Positions 20,004 through 30,640 of a stretch of DNA of 51,423 nucleotides are shown piece by piece. Position numbers and translations under genes: made by a program. Below the pieces are notes generated by a model. It saw only the letters and a list, made by a program, of their open reading frames with translations, made no database searches and was not told the DNA's origin. Position 1 is the first letter of the stretch, and each line of letters begins with the position of its first letter. The stretch spans positions 1 through 51,423 of the forward strand of contig JBLMWW010000092.1 of the NCBI GenBank assembly GCA_050257435.1, in the 5' to 3' direction. Source of the stretch: Rudaea sp. Its GTDB lineage: Bacteria; Pseudomonadota; Gammaproteobacteria; Burkholderiales; Casimicrobiaceae.

Positions 20004-20459
20004 ATGTCCAACGGCATCGGCCATTTCTGCGTGCGCAACGTCGTGACGCTCCCGCGGGAGGCGACCGCGCTCGAAGCCGCCAACCTGATGCGCACGCACC
20101 ACATCGGTGCGGTGCTCGTCATCGATCCCGTCGACGACGGGGCCATCCCGGCCGGCATCCTGACCGACCGCGACATCGTCGTCGAGATCGTCGCCGCCGG
20201 GCTCGATCCGGGGGCGGTCAAGGTGGGCGAGCTCGTGCAGCGGCCGGTCACGACCGTGCACGAGGATGCGGGCTACGCGGACACGGTGCGGCTCATGTCG
20301 ATCAACGGCGTGCGGCGCATGCCGGTCGTCGACGCCAAGGGGCGGCTCGTCGGCATCATCACCTTCGACGACATCCTGCGCCAGCTCGCCGCGCCGCTCC
20401 TGGCGCTGTCCGACCTCGCCGTGCGCGAGCGCCACTACGAGACCGAGACGCGGCCGTAA
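20004..20459 (+). CDS. CBS-domain (Bateman module) protein
   Basis: AANLMRTHHIGAVLV...GILTDRDIV...GVRRMPVVD...GIITFDDIL; strong SD. Confidence 0.9.
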   Translation: MSNGIGHFCVRNVVTLPREATALEAANLMRTHHIGAVLVIDPVDDGAIPAGILTDRDIVVEIVAAGLDPGAVKVGELVQRPVTTVHEDAGYADTVRLMSINGVRRMPVVDAKGRLVGIITFDDILRQLAAPLLALSDLAVRERHYETETRP

Positions 20460-20480
20460 GCGCCGCACAGGAGGCGACGA

Positions 20481-22094
20481 ATGACACGCAAGGCGCTGCG
20501 ATTCCACCGCGATGCGCGTGAAGGCGTGTGCGCGGGCCTCAACGTGCTCGCCAACGCGGTCAAGGTCACGCTCGGTCCCAAGGGTCGCCTCGTCATGATC
20601 GAGCGCACGTTCGGCGCGCCGACGATCATCAACTCGGGCGTGGCGGTCGCCAGGGAGGTCGAGCTCACCGAACCGGTCGAGAACCTCGGCGCACAAATGG
20701 CGCGCGAGGTCGCGGCGCGCACGTCGGAGACGGCCGGCGACGGCACGACGACCGCCACGGTGCTCGCGCAGGCGCTGGTCAACGAGGGGATGAAATACGT
20801 GGCCGCGGGTGTCGATCCGATGGACCTCAAGCGCGGCATCGATCTGGCGGTGGACGCCGTCGTGGCCGAGCTCAGGAAGAACTCGCAGCCCTGCACGTCG
20901 AGTCAGGCGATCGCGCAGGTGGGCACCATCTCGGCGAACGGCGATACCTCGATCGGCGCGATGATCGCGCAGGCGATGGCGAAGGTCGGCGAGGACGGTG
21001 TCATCAAGACCGAGGACAGCCGCGGCACGGAAAACGAGCTCGAGATCGTCGAGGGAATGCAGTTCGACCGCGGCTTCCTGTCGCCCTACTTCATCAACGA
21101 CGCGGAGAAGCAGCGCGTGGTGCTGGAGGATGCGAGCGTCCTCGTGCACGACAAGCCGATCTCGTCGATCCGCGACCTGCTGCCGATCCTCGAGGCCTGC
21201 TCACGCGAGAACCGGCCGCTCCTCGTCATCGCCGAGGACGTCACCGGCGAGGCGCTCGCGACGCTGGTCGTCAACGCACTGCGCGGCATCCTCAAGGCCT
21301 GCGCCGTGAAGGCGCCGGGCTTCGGCGACCGGCGCAAGGCGATGCTCGAGGACATCGCGGTCCTGACCGGCGCGACCGTGATCTCCGAGGAAGCGGGCCG
21401 CAGGCTCGAGCACGCGACGCTCGGCGAGCTCGGGCGCACGCAGCGCGTCGAGATCGACAAGGACACGACGACGCTCATCGGCAGCGGCGGCAGCCCGGAG
21501 CGGCTGCGCGCGCGCATCGCGCAGCTTCGCCAGACGCTCGACGAAACGACGAGCGACTACGATCGCAAGCAACTCGAGGAGCGCATCGCGCGGCTTTCCG
21601 GCGGCGTCGCGCTCATCAAGGTCGGCGCGTCCACCGAAACCGAGCTCAAGGAAAAGAAGTCGCGCGTCGACGATGCGGTCCATGCGACGCGCGCAGCGGT
21701 CGCCGAAGGCATCGGTCCGGGAGGTGGCGTCGCGCTGCTTCGCGCACGCTCGACGCTCGCCTCGCTCCACGGCCCGACGATCGGGCAGCAGGCGGGCATC
21801 AAGATCGTGCGGCGCGCACTCGAGGAGCCGCTGCGGCAGATCGTTGCCAACGCCGGGCTCGAGCCCTCGGTCGTGTTGCAGCGGGTGGTGGCGGGCGAAG
21901 GCGACTTCGGGTACAACGCGGCCACCGGCGAATACGGCGACATGGTCGCGATGGGCATCATCGACCCGACGAAAGTGACCCGGCTCGGCCTCCAGAACGC
22001 CGCGTCGATCGCGAGCCTCGTGCTGACCACCGACTGCGTGATCGTGAACGCGCCGCGGCACGAGGCGGCGCAGGCGGAAGCGTCAATGGCGTAA
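20481..22094 (+). CDS. groEL: Chaperonin GroEL paralog (divergent)
   Basis: [51 protein letters not shown]; no groES nearby and no GGM tail. Confidence 0.95.
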   Translation: MTRKALRFHRDAREGVCAGLNVLANAVKVTLGPKGRLVMIERTFGAPTIINSGVAVAREVELTEPVENLGAQMAREVAARTSETAGDGTTTATVLAQALVNEGMKYVAAGVDPMDLKRGIDLAVDAVVAELRKNSQPCTSSQAIAQVGTISANGDTSIGAMIAQAMAKVGEDGVIKTEDSRGTENELEIVEGMQFDRGFLSPYFINDAEKQRVVLEDASVLVHDKPISSIRDLLPILEACSRENRPLLVIAEDVTGEALATLVVNALRGILKACAVKAPGFGDRRKAMLEDIAVLTGATVISEEAGRRLEHATLGELGRTQRVEIDKDTTTLIGSGGSPERLRARIAQLRQTLDETTSDYDRKQLEERIARLSGGVALIKVGASTETELKEKKSRVDDAVHATRAAVAEGIGPGGGVALLRARSTLASLHGPTIGQQAGIKIVRRALEEPLRQIVANAGLEPSVVLQRVVAGEGDFGYNAATGEYGDMVAMGIIDPTKVTRLGLQNAASIASLVLTTDCVIVNAPRHEAAQAEASMA

Positions 22095-22102
22095 CGCGCG
22101 CG

Positions 22103-22858
22103 GTGCGCAACGCGCGGGACTCAGGCTCCGGCGAGGCGCGCGCAACGGGCGCCGGCGCGGCGGTTTTCATCGCGCGGGGCTTGAGCAAGGTCTATCGGAT
22201 GGGCGAGGTCGAGGTGCACGCGCTGCGCGACGTGAACCTCGAGATTCGCGAGGGCGAGTTCGTCGTCTTGCTCGGACCCTCGGGCAGCGGCAAGTCGACC
22301 CTCCTCAACCTCCTCGGAGGCCTGGACGTGCCGACCTCGGGCGAGGCCTATTGGCGCGACCACGACCTCGCCCACGCCGAGGAAGCGATGCTGACGCGCT
22401 ACCGGCGCGATCACGTCGGATTCGTCTTCCAGTTCTACAACCTGATTCCGAGCCTGACCGTGCGGGAGAACGTCGCGCTCGTCACCGACATCGCGCCTTC
22501 TCCGATGCCGATCGACGAGGCGGTCGCGCTCGTCGGCCTCACCGAGCGCGCCGATCATTTTCCCTCGCAGCTCTCGGGCGGCGAGCAGCAGCGGGTCGCG
22601 ATCGCGCGCGCGATCGCCAAGCGGCCCGACGTCCTCCTGTGCGACGAGCCGACCGGCGCGCTGGATTACGCGACCGGCAAGGTCGTACTCGAGGTGATCG
22701 CGCGGATCAACCGCGATCTCGGCACCACCGCCGTCGTCATCACGCACAACGCCGCGATCGCAGGCATGGCGGACCGCGTGCTGCACCTCGCCGACGGGCG
22801 CATCACGCGCGTCGAGCGCAACGCGCACAAGCTGACACCGGCCGAGCTCTCCTGGTGA
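22103..22858 (+). CDS. ABC transporter ATP-binding protein (LolD/MacB-like)
   Basis: [38 protein letters not shown]. Start is uncertain (GTG 22103 or ATG 22199). Confidence 0.92.
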   Translation: MRNARDSGSGEARATGAGAAVFIARGLSKVYRMGEVEVHALRDVNLEIREGEFVVLLGPSGSGKSTLLNLLGGLDVPTSGEAYWRDHDLAHAEEAMLTRYRRDHVGFVFQFYNLIPSLTVRENVALVTDIAPSPMPIDEAVALVGLTERADHFPSQLSGGEQQRVAIARAIAKRPDVLLCDEPTGALDYATGKVVLEVIARINRDLGTTAVVITHNAAIAGMADRVLHLADGRITRVERNAHKLTPAELSW

Positions 22859-25215
22859 AGGCGCTCGACCGCAAGCTGTGGCGCGACGCGTGGCAGCTAC
22901 GCAGCCAGATCGCGACGATCGCTCTCGTCGTTGCGAGTGCGTTCGCCGGGTTCGCAGGATCGCTCGCGACCTACGCCGCGCTCGTGGACGCGCGCGAAAC
23001 GTTCTACGCGAGCGCGCGCTTCGGCGACGTCTTCGTCGATCTCAAGCGCGCGCCGCGCACCGTCTTGCGTGCAATCGCGGACATCCCGGGCGTGGCCGAC
23101 GCGCAGACGACCGTCGTCGTCGACGTGACACTCGACGTGCCGGGCGTCGCCGAGCCGGTGATCGGACGCCTGATCGGCCTGCCGGAGCGGAGCGGTCCTG
23201 CGCTGAATCAGGTGGTGGTCCGTCGCGGCCGACGGCCCGAGCGCAACGAGCCCGACGCCGTCGTCGTTTCCGAAGGGTTCGCCAACGTGCGCGGGCTCGG
23301 CCCCGGCGCGTCGTTCGCGGCCGTGATCAACGGCAGGCGGCAGACGTTCCACGTCGTCGGCGTGGGCCTGTCACCCGATTACATCTACGCGACGCGCGGA
23401 GGCGCGTTTCCGGACGATCGCAGCTTCGCGGTGATCTGGCTCGCGCAAGACGCGCTCGCCGCCGCGTACAACATGGAGGGGGCGTTCAACCATGCCGACG
23501 TGCGCCTCGCCGCCGGCGCGTCGGAACGCGCGGTCATCGATGCCCTCGACCGCCTGCTCGCGCCTTACGGCAGCATCGGCGCGTACGGGCGCGACGAGCA
23601 GTTGTCGCACCGGATCCTGTCGCAGGAGATCGACCAGTGGAAGATCATCGGCACGCTCATTCCGTCGATCTTCCTCGCCGTCACGGCGTTTCTGCTCAAC
23701 GTCGTGATGAACCGGCAGGTCGCCACGCAGCGCGAGCAGATCGCGGCGCTCAAGGCGCTGGGTTATGGCAACGCGGCGCTCGTCGCGCATTACCTGTGGC
23801 AGGTGATGCTGATCGTCCTGCTCGGCGCAGCGCTCGGGACCGCGATCGGCTTCTGGTTCGGCAGCGCGGTCACGCGCCTCTACGCCGAGTTCTTCCACTT
23901 TCCCGCGTATCACTTCCGCATGCCGGCGTGGGTGCTGACGACCGCGCTCGCCGTGGTCGTGCTCGCCGCCGCCGGCGGCGCACTGGGGTCGGTGCGACGC
24001 GCGGTGACGCTCGCCCCGGCCGAGGCGATGCGGCCACCCTTCCCCGGCGTCTACCGTCCCACGCTCGCCGAGCGGCTGCGTCTCGGCTTTCTGCTCTCGC
24101 CCGCGATGCGCATGACGTTTCGCAACATGGAGCGGCGGCCGTGGCGTGCGCTGCTCACGACGCTCGGCATCGCCGGCGCGATGGCGATCGTCATCTCGGG
24201 GCTGTTCTGGCGCGACGCGATCGATTACATGATCGACGTGCAATTCGGCAATGCGCAGCGCGCCGACGCCGAGGTCGTCCTCGTCGATCCGCGCTCGCCG
24301 CGCGCCGCGCGCGAGCTCGCGCGCCTTCCCGGCGTGATGCGCGTCGAAGGCGGCCGCGAGGTTCCGGTGCGCCTCGTCGCCGGCCACCACACGTATCGCA
24401 CGGTCGTGTCGGGCGTGGCGGCGAACGCGCAGTTGCGCCGGCTGCTCGACGCCGATGCCCGGACCGTCGCCGTCCCGCCCGATGGCTTGCTGCTGACCGA
24501 CCGGCTCGCGCAGCGCCTGGGCGTCCGGCCGGGCGATACGCTGCGCATGGAGGTGCTCACGGGCGAGCGGCAAAGCGGGACGGTCGTCGTCGCCGGCACC
24601 GTGGCCGATCTGATCGGTCTTTTCGCCTACATGGACGTCGGCGCGCTCGGCCGGTTCCTGCACGAACGGGAGGCCTTTTCGTCGCTCTCGGTCGATCTCG
24701 ACGGCGCGCGCAGCGAAGCCGTATTCGCGTGGATGAAGGAGTTGCCGCAAATCGCCACCGTGGCGAGCAAGGCGGCGATGCTCGCGAATTTCCGCGAGAC
24801 GTCGGCGCGCAACGTCCTGTTCTTCACGGCGGTGCTGACGGCCTTCGCGTGCGTGATCGCCGTGGGCGTCGTGTACAACCATGCGCGCATCGCGCTGCAG
24901 GAGCACGCCTGGGAGCTCGCGAGCCTGCGCGTGCTCGGATTCACGCGCGGCGAGGTCTCGACGCTCCTCCTCGCGGAGCTCGCCTTCGAGCTCGTGCTGG
25001 CGCTGCCGCTCGGGGGCGTCCTCGGCTATGCGTTATCGTGGGCCATGGTCGCCCTCGGCCAAAGCGACTTGATCGCGATCCCGATCGTCGTCGCGCCGCG
25101 CACGTACGCGCTCGCCGCGGGAAGCGTCGTCGCCGCCGGCATCGCGAGCGCGCTGATCGTTCGTCGGCGCGTCGATCGCCTCGATCTCGTCGGCGTGCTC
25201 AAGACGCACGAATGA
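22855..25215 (+). CDS. ABC transporter permease, duplicated FtsX/MacB-type (~786 aa)
   Basis: GTGA overlap with the ATPase gene; two repeats with [13 protein letters not shown] and [14 protein letters not shown]; multiple TM segments. Confidence 0.88.
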   Translation: MKALDRKLWRDAWQLRSQIATIALVVASAFAGFAGSLATYAALVDARETFYASARFGDVFVDLKRAPRTVLRAIADIPGVADAQTTVVVDVTLDVPGVAEPVIGRLIGLPERSGPALNQVVVRRGRRPERNEPDAVVVSEGFANVRGLGPGASFAAVINGRRQTFHVVGVGLSPDYIYATRGGAFPDDRSFAVIWLAQDALAAAYNMEGAFNHADVRLAAGASERAVIDALDRLLAPYGSIGAYGRDEQLSHRILSQEIDQWKIIGTLIPSIFLAVTAFLLNVVMNRQVATQREQIAALKALGYGNAALVAHYLWQVMLIVLLGAALGTAIGFWFGSAVTRLYAEFFHFPAYHFRMPAWVLTTALAVVVLAAAGGALGSVRRAVTLAPAEAMRPPFPGVYRPTLAERLRLGFLLSPAMRMTFRNMERRPWRALLTTLGIAGAMAIVISGLFWRDAIDYMIDVQFGNAQRADAEVVLVDPRSPRAARELARLPGVMRVEGGREVPVRLVAGHHTYRTVVSGVAANAQLRRLLDADARTVAVPPDGLLLTDRLAQRLGVRPGDTLRMEVLTGERQSGTVVVAGTVADLIGLFAYMDVGALGRFLHEREAFSSLSVDLDGARSEAVFAWMKELPQIATVASKAAMLANFRETSARNVLFFTAVLTAFACVIAVGVVYNHARIALQEHAWELASLRVLGFTRGEVSTLLLAELAFELVLALPLGGVLGYALSWAMVALGQSDLIAIPIVVAPRTYALAAGSVVAAGIASALIVRRRVDRLDLVGVLKTHE

Positions 25216-26423
25216 GCATGGGCGCGTGGACTCGCAGGACGGCGTGGGCGATCGGTACGGCCGTCGTTGTCGCCGCGCTGGCGTGGGGCCTGCGGCCGCG
25301 ACCGATCCAAGTCGAGGCGGTAACCCTGGCGCGCGGCGTTTTCGTGAAGACCGTCGACGAGGACGGCAAGACGCGCGTACGGGAGCGCTACGTCGTATCC
25401 GCGCCCATCACCGGACATCTGTTGCGGATCGCGCTCGAGGTCGGCGACGTCGTGAAGCCGGACATGCTGCTCGCCATCCTGGTGCCGCCTTCTCCGTCGC
25501 TGATCGACGTCCGTGCCGAAGAGGAACTGCGCGCGCGGGTGGGTGCTGCAGAAGCGCGCCGGATGGCGACGACCGCCGCGGTGAAGCGCGCCGACGCGGC
25601 GGCGGCCCTCGCGCGCTCCGAGCTCGAGCGCCAAACGAGTCTCGCGCAACAGGGCTTCACCTCGCGGCAGGCGGTCGACCGTGCGCAGCGCGAAGCGGAG
25701 CTGCGGGAGGCCGACGTCGATGTCGCAAAGTTCGACGACCATGCCGCGGAACACGAGATCGCCATGGCCCGTGCCGCGCTTTCGCGCGCGCAACGCAAGG
25801 GAGCGGCCGATGACGCGCTTCGGCGCTTCGAGATCCGCTCGCCCGTGGGCGGCCAGGTCCTGCGGATCATCCAGGAGAGCGAGGCGAACGTCGCGATCGG
25901 GGCGCCCCTCCTCGAGATCGGCGACCCCGATGCCCTGGAGGCGGTCGTCGACATCCTGTCGACCGACGCCGAAGCGGTGACGGCCGGCGCGCCCGTGGGC
26001 TTCGATCCGGGGCCCGGCGGACTCGGCCTCGACGGACGCGTTCGCCTGGTCGAGCCGTCGGCATTCACGAAGGTGTCGGCCCTCGGCATCGAGGAGCAGC
26101 GCGTGAACGTCGTCATCGATTTCACCAACTCCGCCGAGGAGCTCGCCAAGCTGCATCTGGGTGACGGTTATCGCGTCGACGCGCATATCGTCGTCGAGCG
26201 TCGCGACGACGCGCTGCTCGTCCCGACGGGCGCGCTGTTTCGGCGCGGCGATGGCTGGGCGGTGTTCGCGGTTCGCGACGGCCGCGCGCACGCGACGGAG
26301 GTGCGCATCGGACCGCGCAACGCGTCGCACGCCGTCGTCGAAGGGGGCCTCGACGCGGGCACGCGCGTGATCGTCTATCCCACGGACGCGGTCCGCGACG
26401 GGGTGCGCGTCGCGCCGCGTTGA
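25212..26423 (+). CDS. Periplasmic adaptor / membrane fusion protein (HlyD/MacA family)
   Basis: N-terminal TM, VSAPITG, coiled-coil hairpin, IRSPVGGQVL, LLVPTGALF; ATGA overlap with the permease gene. Confidence 0.88.
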   Translation: MSMGAWTRRTAWAIGTAVVVAALAWGLRPRPIQVEAVTLARGVFVKTVDEDGKTRVRERYVVSAPITGHLLRIALEVGDVVKPDMLLAILVPPSPSLIDVRAEEELRARVGAAEARRMATTAAVKRADAAAALARSELERQTSLAQQGFTSRQAVDRAQREAELREADVDVAKFDDHAAEHEIAMARAALSRAQRKGAADDALRRFEIRSPVGGQVLRIIQESEANVAIGAPLLEIGDPDALEAVVDILSTDAEAVTAGAPVGFDPGPGGLGLDGRVRLVEPSAFTKVSALGIEEQRVNVVIDFTNSAEELAKLHLGDGYRVDAHIVVERRDDALLVPTGALFRRGDGWAVFAVRDGRAHATEVRIGPRNASHAVVEGGLDAGTRVIVYPTDAVRDGVRVAPR

Positions 26424-26448
26424 GGGCGCGGCGTGGCCCGGGCGGTGC

Positions 26449-27237
26449 TCAGCTCGCCGTGACGAGGTGTTGCAGCGCTATCCGGTCGAGGAGCTTGACG
26501 AGCCGGCCGTTGACGGCGATCAGCCCTTCCTCGGCGAAGCGCGAGAAGAGCCGGCTTACCGTTTCGAGCTTGAGCCCGAGATGGCTCCCGATCTCCTCGC
26601 GCGTCATCCGCAGCACGAATTCGGTCGACGAGTAGCCGCGCAGCCGGTAACGGCTCGAAAGGTCGAGCAGGAACGACGCGAGCCGCTGCTCGGCGCGCAT
26701 CGTGCCGAGCATCAGCGTCACGGCGCGCTCGTGGACGATCGCCGACGACAGCAGGCGATACAGGTGCCGCTGGAACGACGCGTCCTCGTGCGCGAGCTTC
26801 TCGATGCGGTCGAACGGGAGCATGCACACCTCGCTGTCCTCGAGCGCGAGCGCCTGGCAGGCATGGACGTCGTTGCCGATGCCCTCGACGCCGATGACCT
26901 CGCCCGGCAGGTGGTAGCCGGAAACCTGCTCGCTGCCGTCGTCGGTCAGCGTGACGGTCTTGATCGAGCCGAGGCGGATCGAAAAGAGCGCGGTGAACCT
27001 GTCGCCGGCGCGGAACAGCACGTCGCCCTTGCGCAGGCGCACGCGGGTGCTGACCAGACGCTGGAACAACTCGGCGGCGTCGTCGTCGACCTCGAACGGC
27101 ATGCAGATCTTCGTGAGGGCACAGTTGGCGCACGACGCCGCGGCGGGCTTGTTCATGTCCTGGAGTATCGCGCGCGCCGACCGGGCGCTGCCGAACGGGA
27201 TCTGGGGAGAGGTTCGCGATGCGGTAGCGACTTGCAT
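26449..27237 (-). CDS. fnr: FNR-type O2-sensing Crp/Fnr regulator
   Basis: CANCALTKIC (C-x2-C-x5-C) plus central EVC Cys; AEQRLASFL; HTH with LETVSR. Confidence 0.9.
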   Translation of the reverse strand: MQVATASRTSPQIPFGSARSARAILQDMNKPAAASCANCALTKICMPFEVDDDAAELFQRLVSTRVRLRKGDVLFRAGDRFTALFSIRLGSIKTVTLTDDGSEQVSGYHLPGEVIGVEGIGNDVHACQALALEDSEVCMLPFDRIEKLAHEDASFQRHLYRLLSSAIVHERAVTLMLGTMRAEQRLASFLLDLSSRYRLRGYSSTEFVLRMTREEIGSHLGLKLETVSRLFSRFAEEGLIAVNGRLVKLLDRIALQHLVTAS

Positions 27238-27272
27238 GGGATATCCCTTTTTTGGTCGTGAACGATGTCCGG

Positions 27273-27680
27273 TCAGTGCGCCAGGGAATCGACGGCGCGT
27301 ATCGCCGACCGGATCTGGCTGATCTCGCTGCTCTTGTCGAAGAAATAGCGGGCGCCCGCGTCGAGGCAGGCACGCCGATGTTGCGTCGTCGCGTGATTCG
27401 TGACGACGATGAAGGCGATGTCGGGCCACTGCGCGTGGACCGCGCGCAACACGTCGACGCCGGTACCTCCGTTGAGCTGGTAGTCGAGGAGAACGCAGTC
27501 CGGGTGCGTCTGCAGGATGCCGGCGATCGCCTCGGCCGGCGTTCCCGCGTCGCCGACGACCTCGACGCCGTCGATGTCGGCGACGAGTTCACGCAGCCGC
27601 TCGCGCATCGAGGGAACGTCATCGACGATGAAGAGTCCGGTTCGCGGAGCGGCCATCGTTGCAAGGATCGTTGCAGTCAT
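27273..27680 (-). CDS. Stand-alone response regulator receiver protein
   Basis: FIVDD, VLLDYQL, VVTN, FFDK; no output domain. Start is ATG 27680 or 27656. Confidence 0.85.
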   Translation of the reverse strand: MTATILATMAAPRTGLFIVDDVPSMRERLRELVADIDGVEVVGDAGTPAEAIAGILQTHPDCVLLDYQLNGGTGVDVLRAVHAQWPDIAFIVVTNHATTQHRRACLDAGARYFFDKSSEISQIRSAIRAVDSLAH

Positions 27681-27783
27681 CCTGGAAGCGATTATTCGCG
27701 AGCCGATGCTGCCGAGAGATCGGCGTCGGCCGAATGCGTCCGTCAGGAGATGGCGCGCCGCGCCCGTCCGCGCTCCCCCATAG

Positions 27784-27805
27784 GGGGTAGGGATCGCCCT
27801 ACCCC
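27784..27805. promoter_or_regulatory. Perfect inverted repeat, candidate response-regulator site or hairpin
   Basis: GGGGTAGGG-ATCG-CCCTACCCC in the spacer between the NarL-type regulator and the receiver-fnr pair. Confidence 0.5.
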
Positions 27806-27870
27806 GCACTGCGGGGCGGCGGCGCGGCGTACGGCCAAAGCGCCTCGACCGCGGGGGCGGACGCGGCTCG

Positions 27871-28521
27871 CTAGAGCGAGTCGTTGGGATCGTCGGTCAG
27901 CCGGTGCTTGAGCGCGTAGTGCACGAGCTCGGCGTTGCTCTCCACCTGGAGCTTCTCCATGAGCCGCGCCTTGTGCGTGCTGACCGTCTTCGCCGACAGA
28001 TGCAATTGCGTCGCGATCTCGGACACGGACGAGCCGCTGACGAGCAGGCGAAACACCTGGTATTCGCGGTCGGACAGCGCCGCGTGCAACGGCCCCTCGG
28101 CGTGCGGCATGGCGTCGAGCGCGAGGCGCTCCGCGACCTCGGCGCTGATGAAGGCGCCGCCGGCCGCAACCTTGCGGAGCGCGGCCACGAGCTGCGACGC
28201 CGCGCTTTCCTTGGTGAGGTAGCCGGAAGCGCCGGCGCGGATCGCGCGCACCGCGTATTGATGTTCCTCGTGCATGCTGAGGACCAGGATGCGCAGCCGC
28301 GGCTTCTCCGCCTTGACCTGCTTGATGAGCTCGACGCCGCTCTTCCCCGGCATCGACATGTCGAGAAGCAGCAGGTCGAAGTCGAGGCGGCGCACGCGCT
28401 CGACGACCTCGTAGCCGTCACCGGCTTCTCCGACGACGTCGATGCCGCCGGCGGCGAGCAGGAGCTGCTTCAGCCCCTCGCGCAGGATCTGGTGGTCGTC
28501 GGCGATGACGACGCGGATCAT
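27871..28521 (-). CDS. NarL/UvrY-family DNA-binding response regulator
   Basis: MIRVVIADDH, LLDMSMPG, GYLTK, LuxR HTH LSDREYQV...LSAKTVSTHK. Confidence 0.93.
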   Translation of the reverse strand: MIRVVIADDHQILREGLKQLLLAAGGIDVVGEAGDGYEVVERVRRLDFDLLLLDMSMPGKSGVELIKQVKAEKPRLRILVLSMHEEHQYAVRAIRAGASGYLTKESAASQLVAALRKVAAGGAFISAEVAERLALDAMPHAEGPLHAALSDREYQVFRLLVSGSSVSEIATQLHLSAKTVSTHKARLMEKLQVESNAELVHYALKHRLTDDPNDSL

Positions 28522-28650
28522 CCGCGCACCGCCCGCGCCGAGCGCGCCAGGCGTGGCGCGGCCGGGACGCTCCGCGCGACGCCCGTCCGCACGGCCCGCG
28601 AGCAAGGACGGCGGGCGGCGGTGCCGTCCCGCGGGAGGAAGGGAGATACG

Positions 28651-28664
28651 TTGATCCGAGTCAA
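28651..28664. promoter_or_regulatory. FNR-type box upstream of phaC
   Basis: TTGAT-CCGA-GTCAA; candidate -10 GAAAAT at 28688-28693 (23-nt gap). Confidence 0.82.
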
Positions 28665-28718
28665 CCGTGGACGGCGCCGTTAGAGAGGAAAATTATAAAC
28701 GACCCCACGAGGATCCGA

Positions 28719-30599
28719 ATGGATGCGAAGTCGAAGTCGCGCGCGATCCCCGCGCGCATCGCGGCGCGCGCCGCCGTCGAACGCCATGCCGCGCGGGCGA
28801 CGTTGCCCATCGTCTCGAACCAGGAGGCGGCACCGGCTGCTCCGCAGGACGAATCGTTCATGCGCGATTCGTATGCGGCGACGGCCTTCGCCGAGATCGT
28901 CGACCGGTCGCTCCACGCGGCGACGGCGCGCTTTACCGGCGGGCTGTCGCCGATCGCGCTCGCCGACGCCTACCTCGACTGGGTATCGCACCTCGCGTTC
29001 CTGCCGGGCAAGCGCTACCAGCTCGCGGAGAAAGCCGTGAAGAAGGCCGCGCGGCTCGCCAACTACGCCGCCTCGCGCGCCCTCGCGAGCGACACCGAGC
29101 CGTGCATCGTACCGCTGCCCCAGGACCATCGCTTCGACGCACCCGCATGGCGAACGCCCCCGTTCGACGTCATCTACCAGGCCTTCCTGCTCGTGCAGCA
29201 GTGGTGGCACAACGCCGCGACCGGCGTACGCGGCGTCACGCGGCAGCACGAGAACCTGGTCGCGTTCGCGACCCGGCAATGGCTCGACGTGTTCTCGCCG
29301 TCCAACCTGCCCTGGACGAATCCCGAGGTGCTGCAGAAGACGCGCGACGAATTCGGCCTCAACCTCCTGCGCGGCGCGCAGAATCTGCTGCAGGACTGGG
29401 AGCGCACCTCGGGCGGCAAGCGGCCGGTTGGCGCCGACGCGTTCGAACCGGGCCGCGACGTGGCGATCACGCCCGGCAAGGTCGTCTATCGCAACCGGCT
29501 GATCGAGCTCGTTCAGTACGCGCCGTCGACGGCGCAGGTGCGGCCCGAGCCGGTCCTGATCGTGCCGGCGTGGATCATGAAGTATTACATCCTCGATCTC
29601 TCGCCGGCGAACTCGTTCGTGCGCTATCTCGTCGCACAGGGCTTCACGGTGTTCATGATCTCCTGGAAGAACCCGGGGCCGGAGGATCGCGACCTCGCGC
29701 TCGACGATTACCGCACGCTCGGCGTGATGGCGGCGCTCGACGCGGTGTCGGCGATCGTCCCGGCGCAACCGGTGCACGCGGCCGGCTACTGCCTCGGCGG
29801 AACGCTCCTCGCGATCGCCGCGGCCGCGATGGCGCGCGACCGCGACGAGCGCCTCGCGACGACCAGCTTCTTCGCTGCGCAAACCGACTTCACCGAGGCG
29901 GGCGAGCTGTCGCTCTTCATCAACGAGAGCCAGCTCGCGTTCCTCGAGGACACGATGTGGGAACAGGGCTTCCTCGACTCCCGCCAGATGGCCGGCGCGT
30001 TTCAGCTCCTGCGCTCCAACGACCTCGTCTGGTCGCGCAGCGTGCGCGAGTACCTTCTCGGCGAGCGCCCGCCGATGACCGATCTCCGCGCCTGGAACGC
30101 CGATGCGACGCGCATGCCGTTTCGCATGCACGCCGAGTATCTGCGGCACCTGTTCCTCGAAAACGACCTCGCCGAGGGGCGCTTCGTCGTCGGCGAGCGG
30201 CCGGTCGCGCTCGCGGACCTCAAGCTGCCCACGTTTGCCGCGGGCACCGAAAGCGATCACGTCGCGCCCTGGCGCTCGGTGTACAAGCTGCACCTGTTGA
30301 GCGACGCCGAGATCACGTTCGTGCTGACGAACGGCGGCCACAATGCCGGGGTCGTGTCCGAGCCGGGGCACGCCGGCCGCCGGTACCGCATAGCGACGCG
30401 CCCGGCCGACGGCAGCTACCTCGATCCGGACGTCTGGCTTACCGATTCCGAGGCGCGCGAGGGCTCGTGGTGGCCGGCGTGGACCGCGTGGCTCGCGGCG
30501 CGCTCCGGCAAGCCGGTCGCGCCGCCTGCACTGGGCGCGCCCGACGCGGGCTACGCCGCGCTTTGCGACGCGCCGGGGAGCTACGTGCGGATGCGTTGA
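28719..30599 (+). CDS. phaC: Polyhydroxyalkanoate synthase (class I-like)
   Basis: TPGKVVYRN, PAWIMKYYILDL, lipase-like box GYCLGG, WNAD, DHVAPW, GGHNAG, GSWW, APGSYV. Confidence 0.93.
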   Translation: MDAKSKSRAIPARIAARAAVERHAARATLPIVSNQEAAPAAPQDESFMRDSYAATAFAEIVDRSLHAATARFTGGLSPIALADAYLDWVSHLAFLPGKRYQLAEKAVKKAARLANYAASRALASDTEPCIVPLPQDHRFDAPAWRTPPFDVIYQAFLLVQQWWHNAATGVRGVTRQHENLVAFATRQWLDVFSPSNLPWTNPEVLQKTRDEFGLNLLRGAQNLLQDWERTSGGKRPVGADAFEPGRDVAITPGKVVYRNRLIELVQYAPSTAQVRPEPVLIVPAWIMKYYILDLSPANSFVRYLVAQGFTVFMISWKNPGPEDRDLALDDYRTLGVMAALDAVSAIVPAQPVHAAGYCLGGTLLAIAAAAMARDRDERLATTSFFAAQTDFTEAGELSLFINESQLAFLEDTMWEQGFLDSRQMAGAFQLLRSNDLVWSRSVREYLLGERPPMTDLRAWNADATRMPFRMHAEYLRHLFLENDLAEGRFVVGERPVALADLKLPTFAAGTESDHVAPWRSVYKLHLLSDAEITFVLTNGGHNAGVVSEPGHAGRRYRIATRPADGSYLDPDVWLTDSEAREGSWWPAWTAWLAARSGKPVAPPALGAPDAGYAALCDAPGSYVRMR

Positions 30600-30640
30600 C
30601 CGCAAGGGCATCGAAGCGGACGCCCATCACTCAAGAGTCG

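Noticed and set aside
20528-22858. 776-aa ORF suggesting a GroEL-ABC fusion or frameshift
   Set aside because: The upstream part is an alternative frame of groEL with no recognisable motifs; groEL has its own stop at 22094.
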